From a virus (taxonomy: Duplodnaviria; Caudoviricetes), in IMG/VR virus record IMGVR_UViG_3300021411_000014, positions 1-41,882 of that record: a stretch of DNA of 41,882 nt. One strand, 5' to 3'. Of the stretch, positions 17,833 to 27,354 are shown one piece after another. Both the position numbers and the translations under genes were made by a program. Position 1 is the stretch's first letter. The number at the start of each line of letters is the position of its first letter. The notes under the pieces were generated by a model. The model had not been told where the DNA came from and did not search any database. It saw only the letters and a list, made by a program, of their open reading frames with translations.

Positions 17833-19926
17833 GTGACGATCGCGTTCGACTCCTCTGGATCGGCCACCGGCAACTCCGTCAGCACCCTGACGATCGACAT
17901 CACCTCGGCGGCCGTCGGCGCCGTGGTCTACTGCTGGATCCAGACCGGCACCACCGAGACCTCCGTCACGATGACCGGCTGGACGGCGCTGGTCAACGCC
18001 GACGAGACCGCCAGCTCCCACTACAGCCTGTGGCGGCGCGTCAAGCTGTCCGGGGACACCACGTTCGCGCCGTCCTGGACGACCGCGGAGGGCTCGACGG
18101 CCTGCTGGGCGTCCTACACCGGCGTCGACACCACCACCCCCGACGAGGCCGGCACCTACGCCGCGCACTCCTCGACCGCGAACTTCGCCGCCACCGCGAC
18201 CGCGACCGCGGCGACCCGCTGGGCCGTCATGTTCGCCTCGGCCCGCTCGACGACCGCGGCCTACACGTTCACTCCCGACGCCGCCCTGACCGAGCGCAAG
18301 GACGTCTGCAACACCGCGAACCGGTGGAGCGGCGTAGAGATCTCCGACTCCAACGGCACCGTCACCAGCGGCTCGCACACCTACACCGCCGTCTGCTCGG
18401 CGGCGATGTCCCACGGCGCCAACGGGCTGCTGTACCTGATCCCGGCCTCCGGTGCGGTCACGCAGCACGGCGCCGCGATCCCGGCCTCGGCGAGCAGCGT
18501 CACCGCCGGCGGCAAGCAGACCAGCCACGCCGCCGCGGCGCCGGCCTCGGCCTCCGCGGTCACCGCCGGCGGCAAGCAGGTCTCCCACGGTGCCCGGACC
18601 GGCGGTTCGGCCTCGAGCCTTACTGCCGGCGGCAAGCAGGTCAGCCACGCCGCGGCCGCGCAGGCCTCCGCCTCCTCCGTCACCGCCGGCGGCCGTCAGT
18701 CCGCGCACGCGGCCTCGGCCCGGGCCTCGGCCTCCGCGGTCACCGCCGGCGGCAAGCAGATCTCCCACGCCGCGGCGGCCGCGTCGTCGACGACTTCGGT
18801 CGCCGCGACCGGCACCCGGATCGTCCACGGCACAGCGACGATCGCCTCGACCTCCGGCATCACCGCCGGCGGCAAGCAGACCGCTCACGGGGCCGCGGCG
18901 CCCGGCTCGGCGAGCTCGGCCGCCGCGAGCGGACGGCAGACAGCCCGGGCGGCCGCCGCCGCGGCGTCGACGTCCTCGGTGACAGCCGCCGGCATCCAGA
19001 CCGCGCACGCCGTCGCGGCCGCGGCCTCGGCGAGCGCGCTGACGGCCACGCCGCACGTCACCGCACACGGCATCGCGTCCGCCGCGTCCGTCTCGGCCCT
19101 GGCCGCGACGGCCGTCGACGAGCAGCACGCCACCGCGGCGATCGCCTCAGCCTCCGCGCTGACCGCGGCCGGCCACCAGATCGCCCTCGGCTCAGCGGCC
19201 GCGGGCTCCGCCACGGCGGTCACGGCATCCGCAGACGTGACCGCCGTAGCGGCCACCGCGCAGGCCTCGGCCTCCGCGGTCACCGCCGGCGGCCGCCAGA
19301 TCGTCCACGCCTCGGCGACCCTGGCCTCGACCAGCGCCCTGGAGGCCACGGTCGGCTTCGTCGCCCACGCCGACGCCGCCCTGGCCTCGGCCTCCTCCGT
19401 CACCGCCGGCGGCCGGCAGACCGCGCACGCCGCGGCGGCACCGGCCTCGGCCACCGCACTGGCCGCGACCGGATCAGCCACCGCCCACGCGGCCGCCGCC
19501 CCGGCGGCGGCCTCATCGACCCTCGCTGCCGGCCACCAGATCGCCCGCGCCTCCGCCAGCCCGGCCTCCGCCTCGGCCCTGACCGCCGACGGCCACGCGG
19601 GCCGGCCCGGCACCGCGTCGGCCGCGTCGAGCAGCTCGGTCGGCGCGACCGGCACCCGGATCGTCCACGCCACCGCCCACCTGGCCGCCGCCTCCGGCCT
19701 GGCCGCACACGGCGCGCTGACCGTGCACGGCGCCGCCGCTCTGGCCTCCAGCAGCCGGCTACTCGCCTACGGCAGCGCCCGCCACGCCCGCACCCCGCGC
19801 CCCGACGCCGGATCGTCCGACCGGCCCGCATCCGGCCGCACGATCCGCCCCGACGCCGGACCGGGCGACCGGACCGGATCCGGCAGAACCGCACGCCCCG
19901 CCGTGGGCGCGACACCCCGACCGTAG
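17833..19926 (+). CDS. Putative neck/head fibre: globular N-terminal domain, 22 x 20-aa repeats and an RPxxG-repeat tail
   Basis: RBS GAGGAGG; Ala/Ser/Thr-rich periodic sequence; lies among head-tail joining genes. Confidence 0.7.
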   Translation: MTIAFDSSGSATGNSVSTLTIDITSAAVGAVVYCWIQTGTTETSVTMTGWTALVNADETASSHYSLWRRVKLSGDTTFAPSWTTAEGSTACWASYTGVDTTTPDEAGTYAAHSSTANFAATATATAATRWAVMFASARSTTAAYTFTPDAALTERKDVCNTANRWSGVEISDSNGTVTSGSHTYTAVCSAAMSHGANGLLYLIPASGAVTQHGAAIPASASSVTAGGKQTSHAAAAPASASAVTAGGKQVSHGARTGGSASSLTAGGKQVSHAAAAQASASSVTAGGRQSAHAASARASASAVTAGGKQISHAAAAASSTTSVAATGTRIVHGTATIASTSGITAGGKQTAHGAAAPGSASSAAASGRQTARAAAAAASTSSVTAAGIQTAHAVAAAASASALTATPHVTAHGIASAASVSALAATAVDEQHATAAIASASALTAAGHQIALGSAAAGSATAVTASADVTAVAATAQASASAVTAGGRQIVHASATLASTSALEATVGFVAHADAALASASSVTAGGRQTAHAAAAPASATALAATGSATAHAAAAPAAASSTLAAGHQIARASASPASASALTADGHAGRPGTASAASSSSVGATGTRIVHATAHLAAASGLAAHGALTVHGAAALASSSRLLAYGSARHARTPRPDAGSSDRPASGRTIRPDAGPGDRTGSGRTARPAVGATPRP
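18466..19785 (+). repeat. Degenerate 60-bp coding tandem repeat, 22 units
   Basis: Consensus HAAAAxASASAVTAGGxQxx with no indels. Confidence 0.88.
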
Positions 19927-19934
19927 GAGGAACC

Positions 19935-20318
19935 ATGTCCGGTCTGCCCACCGCCATCGCCAACAAGGTCGTCGACCACGTCAACGGCAAGACCGCGTTC
20001 ACCGAGCCGACCGCGCCGATCATGGCCCGGCTCTACACCGTCATCGGCTCCGCCACGGCGGCCGGCACCGAGGTCACCGGCGGCACCTACGCCGCACAGG
20101 CCGTCACCTGGGGAGCCTCCTCGGCCGGCGTGGCGTCCAACACCGTCGCCGTGGCGTTCACGGGCATGCCGTCATGCACCGTGGTCGCCGTCGAGCTGTA
20201 CGACTCCGCCGGCACCCCGGTACGGCTGTGGTGGGGCCCGCTGTCCGCGAACAAGATCATGAACCCCGGCGATACATTCCAGTTCGACATCGCCTCCCTG
20301 TCCGTGTCGGTCGTGTGA
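19935..20318 (+). CDS. Small virion structural protein (fibre-associated family)
   Basis: RBS AGGAGG; GTEVTGGTYAAQAVTW...N...F...LYDSA...G.L...K....GD.F.F motif. Confidence 0.75.
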   Translation: MSGLPTAIANKVVDHVNGKTAFTEPTAPIMARLYTVIGSATAAGTEVTGGTYAAQAVTWGASSAGVASNTVAVAFTGMPSCTVVAVELYDSAGTPVRLWWGPLSANKIMNPGDTFQFDIASLSVSVV

Positions 20319-20319
20319 C

Positions 20320-20661
20320 ATGAGCGCCCTGGCCGTCGAGACCGTCACGGTCCTGCGCGCCCCCCTGGCCGCCAACCGCTACGGCGGACAGGTCCGCGAC
20401 TGGAGCTCGGCCGTCCGCGCCGACGTCGACGGCGTCTCCATCCAGCCGACCGTCTCCACCGAGGACATCCAGGACCGCGAACTCCTGGTGAACGCCTACA
20501 CGCTGTTCACCACCCGCGGACGGGACATCGACCTGCTGGCCACCGACCGCGTCGAGTGGGGCGGCCTGATCCTGCAGGTGGTCGGCGACCCCAACAGGTG
20601 GACCGCCCCCGGCGGCGGCATCCACCACGTCGAAGCCCAGCTCAAGGCAGTCGTGGGCTGA
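20320..20661 (+). CDS. Head-to-tail stopper / head closure protein
   Basis: TVTVLRA, RYG...DW, DRVEW.G...V.G.P, HHVE motifs; synteny. Confidence 0.8.
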   Translation: MSALAVETVTVLRAPLAANRYGGQVRDWSSAVRADVDGVSIQPTVSTEDIQDRELLVNAYTLFTTRGRDIDLLATDRVEWGGLILQVVGDPNRWTAPGGGIHHVEAQLKAVVG

Positions 20662-20963
20662 TGGGCCACTTCGTTCCGAACCCCGACTTCGAGCGGGACC
20701 TCTTCAACTCCGCCGAGGCCACCGAGCTGGTCTACGACGCCGGCGGACGCGTCCTCAACGAGGCCGAGCGGACCGCCTCCGCCGAGGCCGACACCGGCAC
20801 GTTCGCCGAGAGCCTGTCCAAGCACGACCACCGCTCACGCTCTGGCCGACCGGTCAGCACCATCAGCTCGGACGATCCGGCCGCACTCAGCAAGGAGTTC
20901 GGCACGCGCCGTACTCCCCGGCACCGGTACCTCGGCCGAGCCCTCGACTCCATCAGGAGGTAG
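20661..20963 (+). CDS. HK97 gp10-like tail completion protein
   Basis: DTG.FAES...EFGT..TP..RYLGRAL motif. Confidence 0.78.
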   Translation: MGHFVPNPDFERDLFNSAEATELVYDAGGRVLNEAERTASAEADTGTFAESLSKHDHRSRSGRPVSTISSDDPAALSKEFGTRRTPRHRYLGRALDSIRR

Positions 20964-20966
20964 CCC

Positions 20967-21164
20967 ATGAAGGTCAAGCTGAACTGCTGGCGCGGTGAGG
21001 ACGGCCCCGGTACCGTCGTCGAGCTCCCGGAGCACGAGGCCGCGGCGCTGCTCCACCACGGCGCCGCGCACCCCGTGGAACCCGACGCCGCGGCGACGAC
21101 CGGGAAGGTCGTCAAGGGCTCCGCCACCCTGCAGGCCGCCTCCGGAACCGAACACACGCCGTGA
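20967..21164 (+). CDS. Hypothetical protein
   Basis: RBS AGGAGG; PG.VVELPE.EA..L...G.A motif. Confidence 0.7.
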   Translation: MKVKLNCWRGEDGPGTVVELPEHEAAALLHHGAAHPVEPDAAATTGKVVKGSATLQAASGTEHTP

Positions 21165-21592
21165 CCTCCCCGGCGCCGATCCTCCTGCCGGACGACGAGG
21201 CCCTGGTCTGCGGATGGCTCGGCGGCCGCGGCGAGCTGTCCGGCGTCATCGTCGCCGACCGGCTCCCGGACGACTACGACGGCAGCCAGCTGGTCGTCAC
21301 CGTCAACCGCATCGGCGGCGGCATGGACCGCGGCGCCGGCGGCACCTGGCTGGACCGGCCCCGCCTGGACATCGACTGTCACGGCAAGGACAAGGCCGCC
21401 GCCAAGGACCTCGCCCGGACCGTCCGCGCGCTGCTGCCGGTGGCCCGGTTCGACGACCACTCCGCGGCCGGCGCCGTCTGGTCGGACACCACCGAGGACG
21501 TCGGCCCCCAGTGGCTGCCGGACCCCGACTACCCGGAGGCCGGCCGCTACCTGCTGCAGGTCTCCGTCTCGATCCATCCGCTCATCGGCTGA
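21161..21592 (+). CDS. Tail terminator
   Basis: V.RIGG....LDRPRLDID, GPQWLPDP...RY motifs; synteny. Confidence 0.8.
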   Translation: MTSPAPILLPDDEALVCGWLGGRGELSGVIVADRLPDDYDGSQLVVTVNRIGGGMDRGAGGTWLDRPRLDIDCHGKDKAAAKDLARTVRALLPVARFDDHSAAGAVWSDTTEDVGPQWLPDPDYPEAGRYLLQVSVSIHPLIG

Positions 21593-21625
21593 CCGCGTCC
21601 GCGCGCATCGACCAGGAGGAACACA

Positions 21626-22213
21626 GTGACCGCAACCGCGATCGACGCCACGCAGACCCGTGTCGCCGGCAAGGGGCACGTTCTCATCGCCCCCAAGGGC
21701 TCCACCGTCCCGGCCGACACCACCACGGCGTGGGACGCCGCGTGGCAGGACCTCGGATTCTGCGACGAGAAGGGCGTCACCCTCAGCAAGAAAGACACCA
21801 AGACCGCCATCAAGGGCTGGCAGGCCATCACGCCGGTGAGGTACATCCTCACCGACCGCGACGTCCACGCCATGTGGGTCATGGAGCAGTGGAACAAGGT
21901 CACCCTGGCCCTGTGGTCGGGCGAGGGCCCGTCGGCCGTCGGCCCGAACGCCGCGGTCTCCGGGGAGTACAAGCTCACGCTCAGCCCGTCGCCGTCCGCC
22001 GACGAGCGGATGCTCGGCATCGAGTGGACCGACGCCGAGATGGTCGTCACCCACCGCATGTACATGGGACGGGGACTGATCACCGACACCGCCGACCTGC
22101 CGATCACCCGCACCGGCCTGGTCACCCTCGGCGTCACCTACCAGACCATGGCGATCGACGCCTCGACGCCGATCGCGACCCTGCTGATGAAGGACCCGTC
22201 GATGGCCCCGTAG
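21626..22213 (+). CDS. Major tail (tube) protein
   Basis: RBS AGGAGG; IAPKG..P...WQDLGF..E.GVT, IKGWQ motifs. Confidence 0.88.
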   Translation: MTATAIDATQTRVAGKGHVLIAPKGSTVPADTTTAWDAAWQDLGFCDEKGVTLSKKDTKTAIKGWQAITPVRYILTDRDVHAMWVMEQWNKVTLALWSGEGPSAVGPNAAVSGEYKLTLSPSPSADERMLGIEWTDAEMVVTHRMYMGRGLITDTADLPITRTGLVTLGVTYQTMAIDASTPIATLLMKDPSMAP

Positions 22214-22291
22214 GCCCTCGTCCCCAGATCGTGGCGGCCTGTTCAGTGGGATGGCGGGCCGCCACACCCATCCCACACCCGAAGGAAGACC

Positions 22292-22711
22292 ATGACGTAT
22301 TCCGTCGACGACGCCCGCGCCGCCCGCATCGAGGCGGCCGGTGGCCCGTTCGAGTTCGTACACCAGGGCAAGACCTGGACCCTGCCGCGGGAGTTCTCCA
22401 TCGACGCCGCCGAGGCCGTCGACGCGCTGCCGGGCATGGACTCGATCCCGGGCCTGCGAGCGCTGCTGTCCGCGCTGCTGGGGGAGCAGGCCGAAGGCTT
22501 CAACGTCGGCTCCCTGTCAGGCCAGGACCTGGAAGGCCTGATCGACGCGTACTTCGACCACGCGGGTATCCGCCTGGGGGAATCCTCGCCCTCGCCGAGC
22601 TCCTCCGCGAGCACGGCGAGGCGCTCGAAGCCGACCTCCAAGCGGTCTACGGCATCGACCTCGCGGGCCTCTGGCAAGGCACGCTCAGCTGGCGGCGCCT
22701 CAAAGTCCTGA
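22292..22711 (+). CDS. Tail assembly chaperone (short, 0-frame product)
   Basis: Position between the tail tube and tape measure genes; contains slippery site CTG GGG GAA. Confidence 0.85.
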   Translation: MTYSVDDARAARIEAAGGPFEFVHQGKTWTLPREFSIDAAEAVDALPGMDSIPGLRALLSALLGEQAEGFNVGSLSGQDLEGLIDAYFDHAGIRLGESSPSPSSSASTARRSKPTSKRSTASTSRASGKARSAGGASKS

Positions 22712-23001
22712 TCGCGCACCTGCCACGGACCGGCGCCCTGGCCCGGTCGCTGGCCGGCGGCGAGGCCTGGTCCACCACCGACCACCTCCTGGCCGCCACC
22801 GTGGACCTCCTGGCCATCCTGCGCTGGATGTACGCCGAGGTCCACCGCGACGAGCACTCCCCGAAGCAGCCGTTCCCGACGCCCGTTCCCCGCCCCGGCG
22901 TCGAGCAGGCCCCGGCCGCGGATCCCGCGTCCGTCTACGCCGCCGCCGGCGACGTCCCCGCCATCCCCCTGGAACAGCTGGGGGCCTGGCTCGCAACCTG
23001 A
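22576..23001 (+). CDS. Tail assembly chaperone extension produced by -1 programmed frameshift at GGGGGAA (22576-22582)
   Basis: -1 frame reads ILALAELLREHGEALEADLQAVYGIDL...W...DHLLA...P.P.PRPG with no start of its own. Confidence 0.85.
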   Translation, partial: GGILALAELLREHGEALEADLQAVYGIDLAGLWQGTLSWRRLKVLIAHLPRTGALARSLAGGEAWSTTDHLLAATVDLLAILRWMYAEVHRDEHSPKQPFPTPVPRPGVEQAPAADPASVYAAAGDVPAIPLEQLGAWLAT

Positions 23002-23016
23002 CCTCGAGGAGGCGGC

Positions 23017-25428
23017 ATGTCCCTGTCCGGCGGCACCGCCTATGTCGACGTCGCGCTCGGCAAGACCGCAGACCTGCAGAAGGGCATCGCCACCGCCGGC
23101 GAGAGCGCCGCCGACACCGCGAAGTCCTCGTTCCTGTCCCGGGTCGGCTCCATCGCCATGGGCGGCGCCCTCGGCAACGCCATCACTTCCGGCGTGTCCG
23201 GCGCATTCAGCATGGCCAAGGGCGCCGTCTTCGACTTCAACTCCCAGCTGCAGCAGGCGGACATCGGATTCACCACGATGCTCGGCAGCTCGCAGAAGGC
23301 CGGCGCCTACGTCCAGCAGCTGCAGCAGTTCGCCAAGACCACGCCCTTCGAGTTCGGGAACCTGGTCCAGAACGCCCAGCAGATGATGGGCATGGGCATC
23401 GCCGCCAAGGACGTCATCCCCGACCTCACGGCCCTCGGCGACTCGGTGGCCTCGATCGGCGGCTCCGCCCAGCAGGTCGACTCCGTGACGCTGGCGTTCG
23501 ATCAGATGAACGCCAAGGGCACGCTCGACATGGGCAACATGAACCAGCTCATGCAGAACGGCGTGCCCTCGGCGCTGAAGGTCCTCGCCGCGCACTACAA
23601 GGTCACGACCGGCGAGATGATCACGATGATCTCGACCGGGAAGGTGCAGGCCTCCGAGGCGCTGCCGGCGCTGGTGTCCGGGATCGAGAAGGGCACCAAC
23701 GCGACCGCCGCCCTCGGCGGCATGATGGACAAGCAGAGCCAGACGATGGCCGGCGCCCTGTCCAACATCAAGGACTCCGCGACGCAGGCCATGGCCGGCG
23801 CCTTCAAGCCGGTGTTCGACGCCGCCTCCACCGCAGCTCAGGGCCTGGCGAACGTCCTGGGCTCCGGCGCCGTGATCAACGCCTCGAAGAAGATCAGCGA
23901 CGGTCTGACCAGGGCCTTCGACGGCGTCACCGCCGCCATCGACGGGGTGAAGTACGGCTTCCAGGACGCCTACGACCTGGCGGGCAAAACCGTCTATCCG
24001 ATCACTGAGATCGGCGTGAAGGCCCGCGAGGCGTTCGACACCGTCCACCAGGACATCCAGGGCTTCGCCGACGGATTCAAGAACGCCAGCAAGTACGCCG
24101 GCGAGACCGCCTACCCGATCACCGCCATCGGCATCAAGGCCCGCGAGGCCTACGACGCCGCGCGGCCGCTGGTCGAGCAGGCCTGGGTGAAGCTCAAGGA
24201 CGGGATCAGCGTCGTCGGACCGATCCTGAAGACGCTGTTCCTGGACCGGCTCGAAACGATGAAGACGATCATCGGGGATGCGATCCCGATCGTCGAGAAC
24301 CTGGCCCGGGGAATCGGTCCGACGCTCGGCGAAATCCTGCGGTCGGTCGGCGACCTGGTGATCCAGCACGTGCTGCCGGCGTTCATGAAGATCAGCCAGT
24401 TCATTCAGCAGGACGTCATTCCCGTCGTGATGGACTTCGTGGCTTTCGCCGCCCAGCACCTGGTGCCACTTTTCCAGGAAGTCGGCGACGTTATCGCACA
24501 GAAGGTCGTGCCGATCGTCGAGCACCTGGTCGACCTGTTTGTGCAGAAAGCCCTTCCCGCCCTGCAGCCGCTGATCAAGGACGGTTTCGCCGCACTGAAG
24601 AACATCCTGGCCGAGCTCATCCCCATCGTCCAGGACGCCGTCCACTGGTTCGCCGACTACGTGCTGCCGGTCCTGGCCCGTCTGGCGACGTTCATCATCG
24701 GCACCCTGATCCCGTTCGTCGCGCAGGTCGCCGACGTGCTGCTCAAGATCCTGGTCCCCGCGATCGGCATCGCGATCGGCATCCTCCGCGACGTCGTCAT
24801 CCCGATCTTCAAGGCCGTCGCCGGAGTTTTCCTCGGGATCTACGACGCCGGAATCACCGTCGCGACCGGAGTCGTGAAATCCATTCAGGGAATCGCCACT
24901 GCCGCCGTCTGGCTGAAAGACCAATTCACCACTGCCGTGAAATTCATCACCGACAAGTGGGATTCCCTGGTCGGCATTGTCGGCGGAATTCCCGGAAAAA
25001 TGAAGACCGCCGGAGCCGGGATGTGGGACTGGATCCGCGACGCCTTCAAGGCCGCGATCAACACCGTGATCGGCTGGTGGAACGACCTGTCGTTCACCCT
25101 GCCGAGCGTGCACATCAAGGGCACCAACATCGACGTCGGCGGCGGCACCATCGGCGTCCCGCACATCCCGACCCTGGCCGCCGGCGGCCTGGTGCTGCCG
25201 ACGCCCGGCGGCACCGTCGTGCGGGTCGCCGAGGCCGGCCAGGCCGAGATCGTGTCCGCCGCCCCGGCGATGGAGGCCGCGGTGTCCCGGGCCCTGGCCG
25301 CGCACCGCGGCGGCATCGGCCGCGACGCCCCGCTGATCGGCACCGTCAACATGCCCGCAGGCACGTCCGTCGACGAGGTCGCCGAAAGGCTCTACTTCAA
25401 GGCCACCGCGAGAGGCATGGCGATCTGA
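23017..25428 (+). CDS. Tape measure protein
   Basis: FTTMLGS..KA...FAKTTPFE tape-measure domain; amphipathic repeats; C-terminal LAAGG...VAEAG..E. Confidence 0.94.
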   Translation: MSLSGGTAYVDVALGKTADLQKGIATAGESAADTAKSSFLSRVGSIAMGGALGNAITSGVSGAFSMAKGAVFDFNSQLQQADIGFTTMLGSSQKAGAYVQQLQQFAKTTPFEFGNLVQNAQQMMGMGIAAKDVIPDLTALGDSVASIGGSAQQVDSVTLAFDQMNAKGTLDMGNMNQLMQNGVPSALKVLAAHYKVTTGEMITMISTGKVQASEALPALVSGIEKGTNATAALGGMMDKQSQTMAGALSNIKDSATQAMAGAFKPVFDAASTAAQGLANVLGSGAVINASKKISDGLTRAFDGVTAAIDGVKYGFQDAYDLAGKTVYPITEIGVKAREAFDTVHQDIQGFADGFKNASKYAGETAYPITAIGIKAREAYDAARPLVEQAWVKLKDGISVVGPILKTLFLDRLETMKTIIGDAIPIVENLARGIGPTLGEILRSVGDLVIQHVLPAFMKISQFIQQDVIPVVMDFVAFAAQHLVPLFQEVGDVIAQKVVPIVEHLVDLFVQKALPALQPLIKDGFAALKNILAELIPIVQDAVHWFADYVLPVLARLATFIIGTLIPFVAQVADVLLKILVPAIGIAIGILRDVVIPIFKAVAGVFLGIYDAGITVATGVVKSIQGIATAAVWLKDQFTTAVKFITDKWDSLVGIVGGIPGKMKTAGAGMWDWIRDAFKAAINTVIGWWNDLSFTLPSVHIKGTNIDVGGGTIGVPHIPTLAAGGLVLPTPGGTVVRVAEAGQAEIVSAAPAMEAAVSRALAAHRGGIGRDAPLIGTVNMPAGTSVDEVAERLYFKATARGMAI

Positions 25429-26312
25429 TGGCCGGCGACCTCATCACCTCCGACTACCAGATGCAGCTGGGCACCCTGCTGCTCGGCATGGGCACCGCCT
25501 ACGAGGTCGACGGCAACACCGGCCTGGCCGGCTGGGACGACCTGCCCGCACTGGACACCTCCGACGTCCCCCGCCCCGCCGCCCCCGGCGACTACCCCGG
25601 CACCATCTACCCCGCCGGCCGGATCATCACCTGCCAGCTGTCCGTGCACGGCGACGGCCCCGGCCACGCCGCGAACCTCGCCGCACTGCGCGCCGCCACC
25701 ACCGCGACCATGTTCGCGGCCGCCGAGACGCCCCTGGCCGTCAGGCTCGGCGGACAGATCCTGTTCTCCAAGATCAGGTGTCTGCAGCGCGTCATCCCCA
25801 CCGGCACCAACTACGCCGCCGGCGCCTCCGCGAAGTGCTCGCTGCAGTTCAAGGCCACCGACCCGCGCCGCTACGGCGCCGTACTGTCCTCGGCGACCAC
25901 TGCGCCACCGTCGACGTCCGGCGGCATCACCTGGCCGATCACCTGGCCGATCACCTGGGGGACCGGCGGCTCCAGCACCGGCACCGTGAACGTCGTCAAC
26001 TCCGGCGACTACCCGACACCCCTCATGATCACCATCCGGGGTCCGCTGACGATGCCGGCGGTCTACCGGCAGGACACCGGCGCGGTCCTGGAGCTCAACA
26101 CGGTCATGGTCGCCGGCGACGTCGCCGTCATCGACGTCCTGGGCGACGACGTGCTCATGAACGGCGTCTCCTCCAAGACCCTGCTGTCGGACCGCTCCGC
26201 GCCGGTCAGCAGCTTCCTGATGCCGCCGGGCACCACCGGCATCGCGCTGCGCGCCGCCGTGACCGACCCGGCCGCCTCCATGGCCGTCGCCTACTACCCG
26301 GCCTACCTGTGA
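25428..26312 (+). CDS. Distal tail (Dit) baseplate protein
   Basis: GWDDLP, GRIIT, F.ATDPRRYG, WPITWPITW, N.GD.PT motifs. Confidence 0.85.
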   Translation: MAGDLITSDYQMQLGTLLLGMGTAYEVDGNTGLAGWDDLPALDTSDVPRPAAPGDYPGTIYPAGRIITCQLSVHGDGPGHAANLAALRAATTATMFAAAETPLAVRLGGQILFSKIRCLQRVIPTGTNYAAGASAKCSLQFKATDPRRYGAVLSSATTAPPSTSGGITWPITWPITWGTGGSSTGTVNVVNSGDYPTPLMITIRGPLTMPAVYRQDTGAVLELNTVMVAGDVAVIDVLGDDVLMNGVSSKTLLSDRSAPVSSFLMPPGTTGIALRAAVTDPAASMAVAYYPAYL

Positions 26313-26322
26313 GGACCCGACC

Positions 26323-27354
26323 GTGACCGTGCGCACCCCGATGCTGAACACCGACACCGACACGGCCGAGACGTTCCGCCTGGCCATGGGCGGTCTGTGG
26401 GTGCCCGCCTCCGCCCTGAACGCGCGCACCGGCGTCACCTCGGTGCCGACCCTGACCAGCACCGGCGCGCTCACAGCCAACATCTCGCCGTTCACCTGCG
26501 TCATCGACGGCACCAGCAACAGCCTGCAGGGCGCCTACCCGGTCGCCAACGACAACGTCGCCGGCATCACGATCACCACCGGCAGCTCCCAAGCCCGCAT
26601 CGACCTGATCTGCCTGCAGATCCAGGACAACGACTACGACGGCTCCGGCCAGCACCGCGGCATCCCGGTCGTCGTCGCCGGCACCCCGTCCGGCTCCCCG
26701 GCCGCACCGGCCACCCCGGCCAACGCGATTCCCCTGTGGACGCTGCCGGTCCCGGCCCTCGCCAGCTCGGTCACGTTCTCCACCGCGACCGCCGTCTACC
26801 CCTACACGGCGGCGGCCGGCGGCGCCGTCTACGTCCGCGGCGCAACCGACAAGCCCGCCGTCGTCAACGGCTTCCAGATGCGCTACCGCGGAGACGTCAC
26901 CCCGACCGCCGGCGGCACCTCCGCTATGGAGACCTCCGTCGACGGCGTCACCTACACGCCCGTCTTCGACGCCTCCGTAGTCCCGGCCTCGACAACTGCG
27001 GCGATCGCCGCAGCAATCAGTGCGGCGGCAACGCCCTCGTGGACGGCCGTCACTGCGGCCGGCACGTTCGGCTCGGGTATCACCTGCAGCAAAATCGGGA
27101 ACATCGTCACGCTGCGCGGCTCGGCGAGCGCAGGATCGCAGACTTGGACGGCGGGCAACTTCTACGGCGTCGGCACCTTGCCCGCAGGGTTCATCCCATC
27201 GTTGAATCGCTTCATCGCCGGCGTTTTCTACGTGGGCAATGAAGTTGTCGGACAATTCGTCGTCAATGGAATCGGCGCCCTGAACTTCACCGTGGGTGCC
27301 ACGGTCACCAGCACCATGATCGCGTATCTCGACGGCGTCAGCTTCTCGCTGTGA
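26323..27354 (+). CDS. Minor tail / probable receptor-binding protein
   Basis: RIDLI.....D..YD.SG...GTP....P.AP N-terminal anchor; beta-rich C-terminal domain (G.LPAGF.P). Confidence 0.75.
   Translation: MTVRTPMLNTDTDTAETFRLAMGGLWVPASALNARTGVTSVPTLTSTGALTANISPFTCVIDGTSNSLQGAYPVANDNVAGITITTGSSQARIDLICLQIQDNDYDGSGQHRGIPVVVAGTPSGSPAAPATPANAIPLWTLPVPALASSVTFSTATAVYPYTAAAGGAVYVRGATDKPAVVNGFQMRYRGDVTPTAGGTSAMETSVDGVTYTPVFDASVVPASTTAAIAAAISAAATPSWTAVTAAGTFGSGITCSKIGNIVTLRGSASAGSQTWTAGNFYGVGTLPAGFIPSLNRFIAGVFYVGNEVVGQFVVNGIGALNFTVGATVTSTMIAYLDGVSFSL

Noticed and set aside
17577-19934. Arg-rich N-terminal part of the 913-aa ORF (likewise the 668-aa ORF at 20995)
   Set aside because: Off-frame read-through; the real genes start at 19935 and at the 22576 frameshift
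22243-25305. 1020-aa minus-strand ORF and similar long antisense ORFs (10590-12047, 13048-14529, 15382-16917, 16936-19128)
   Set aside because: Shadow frames of high-GC structural genes with no recognisable motifs
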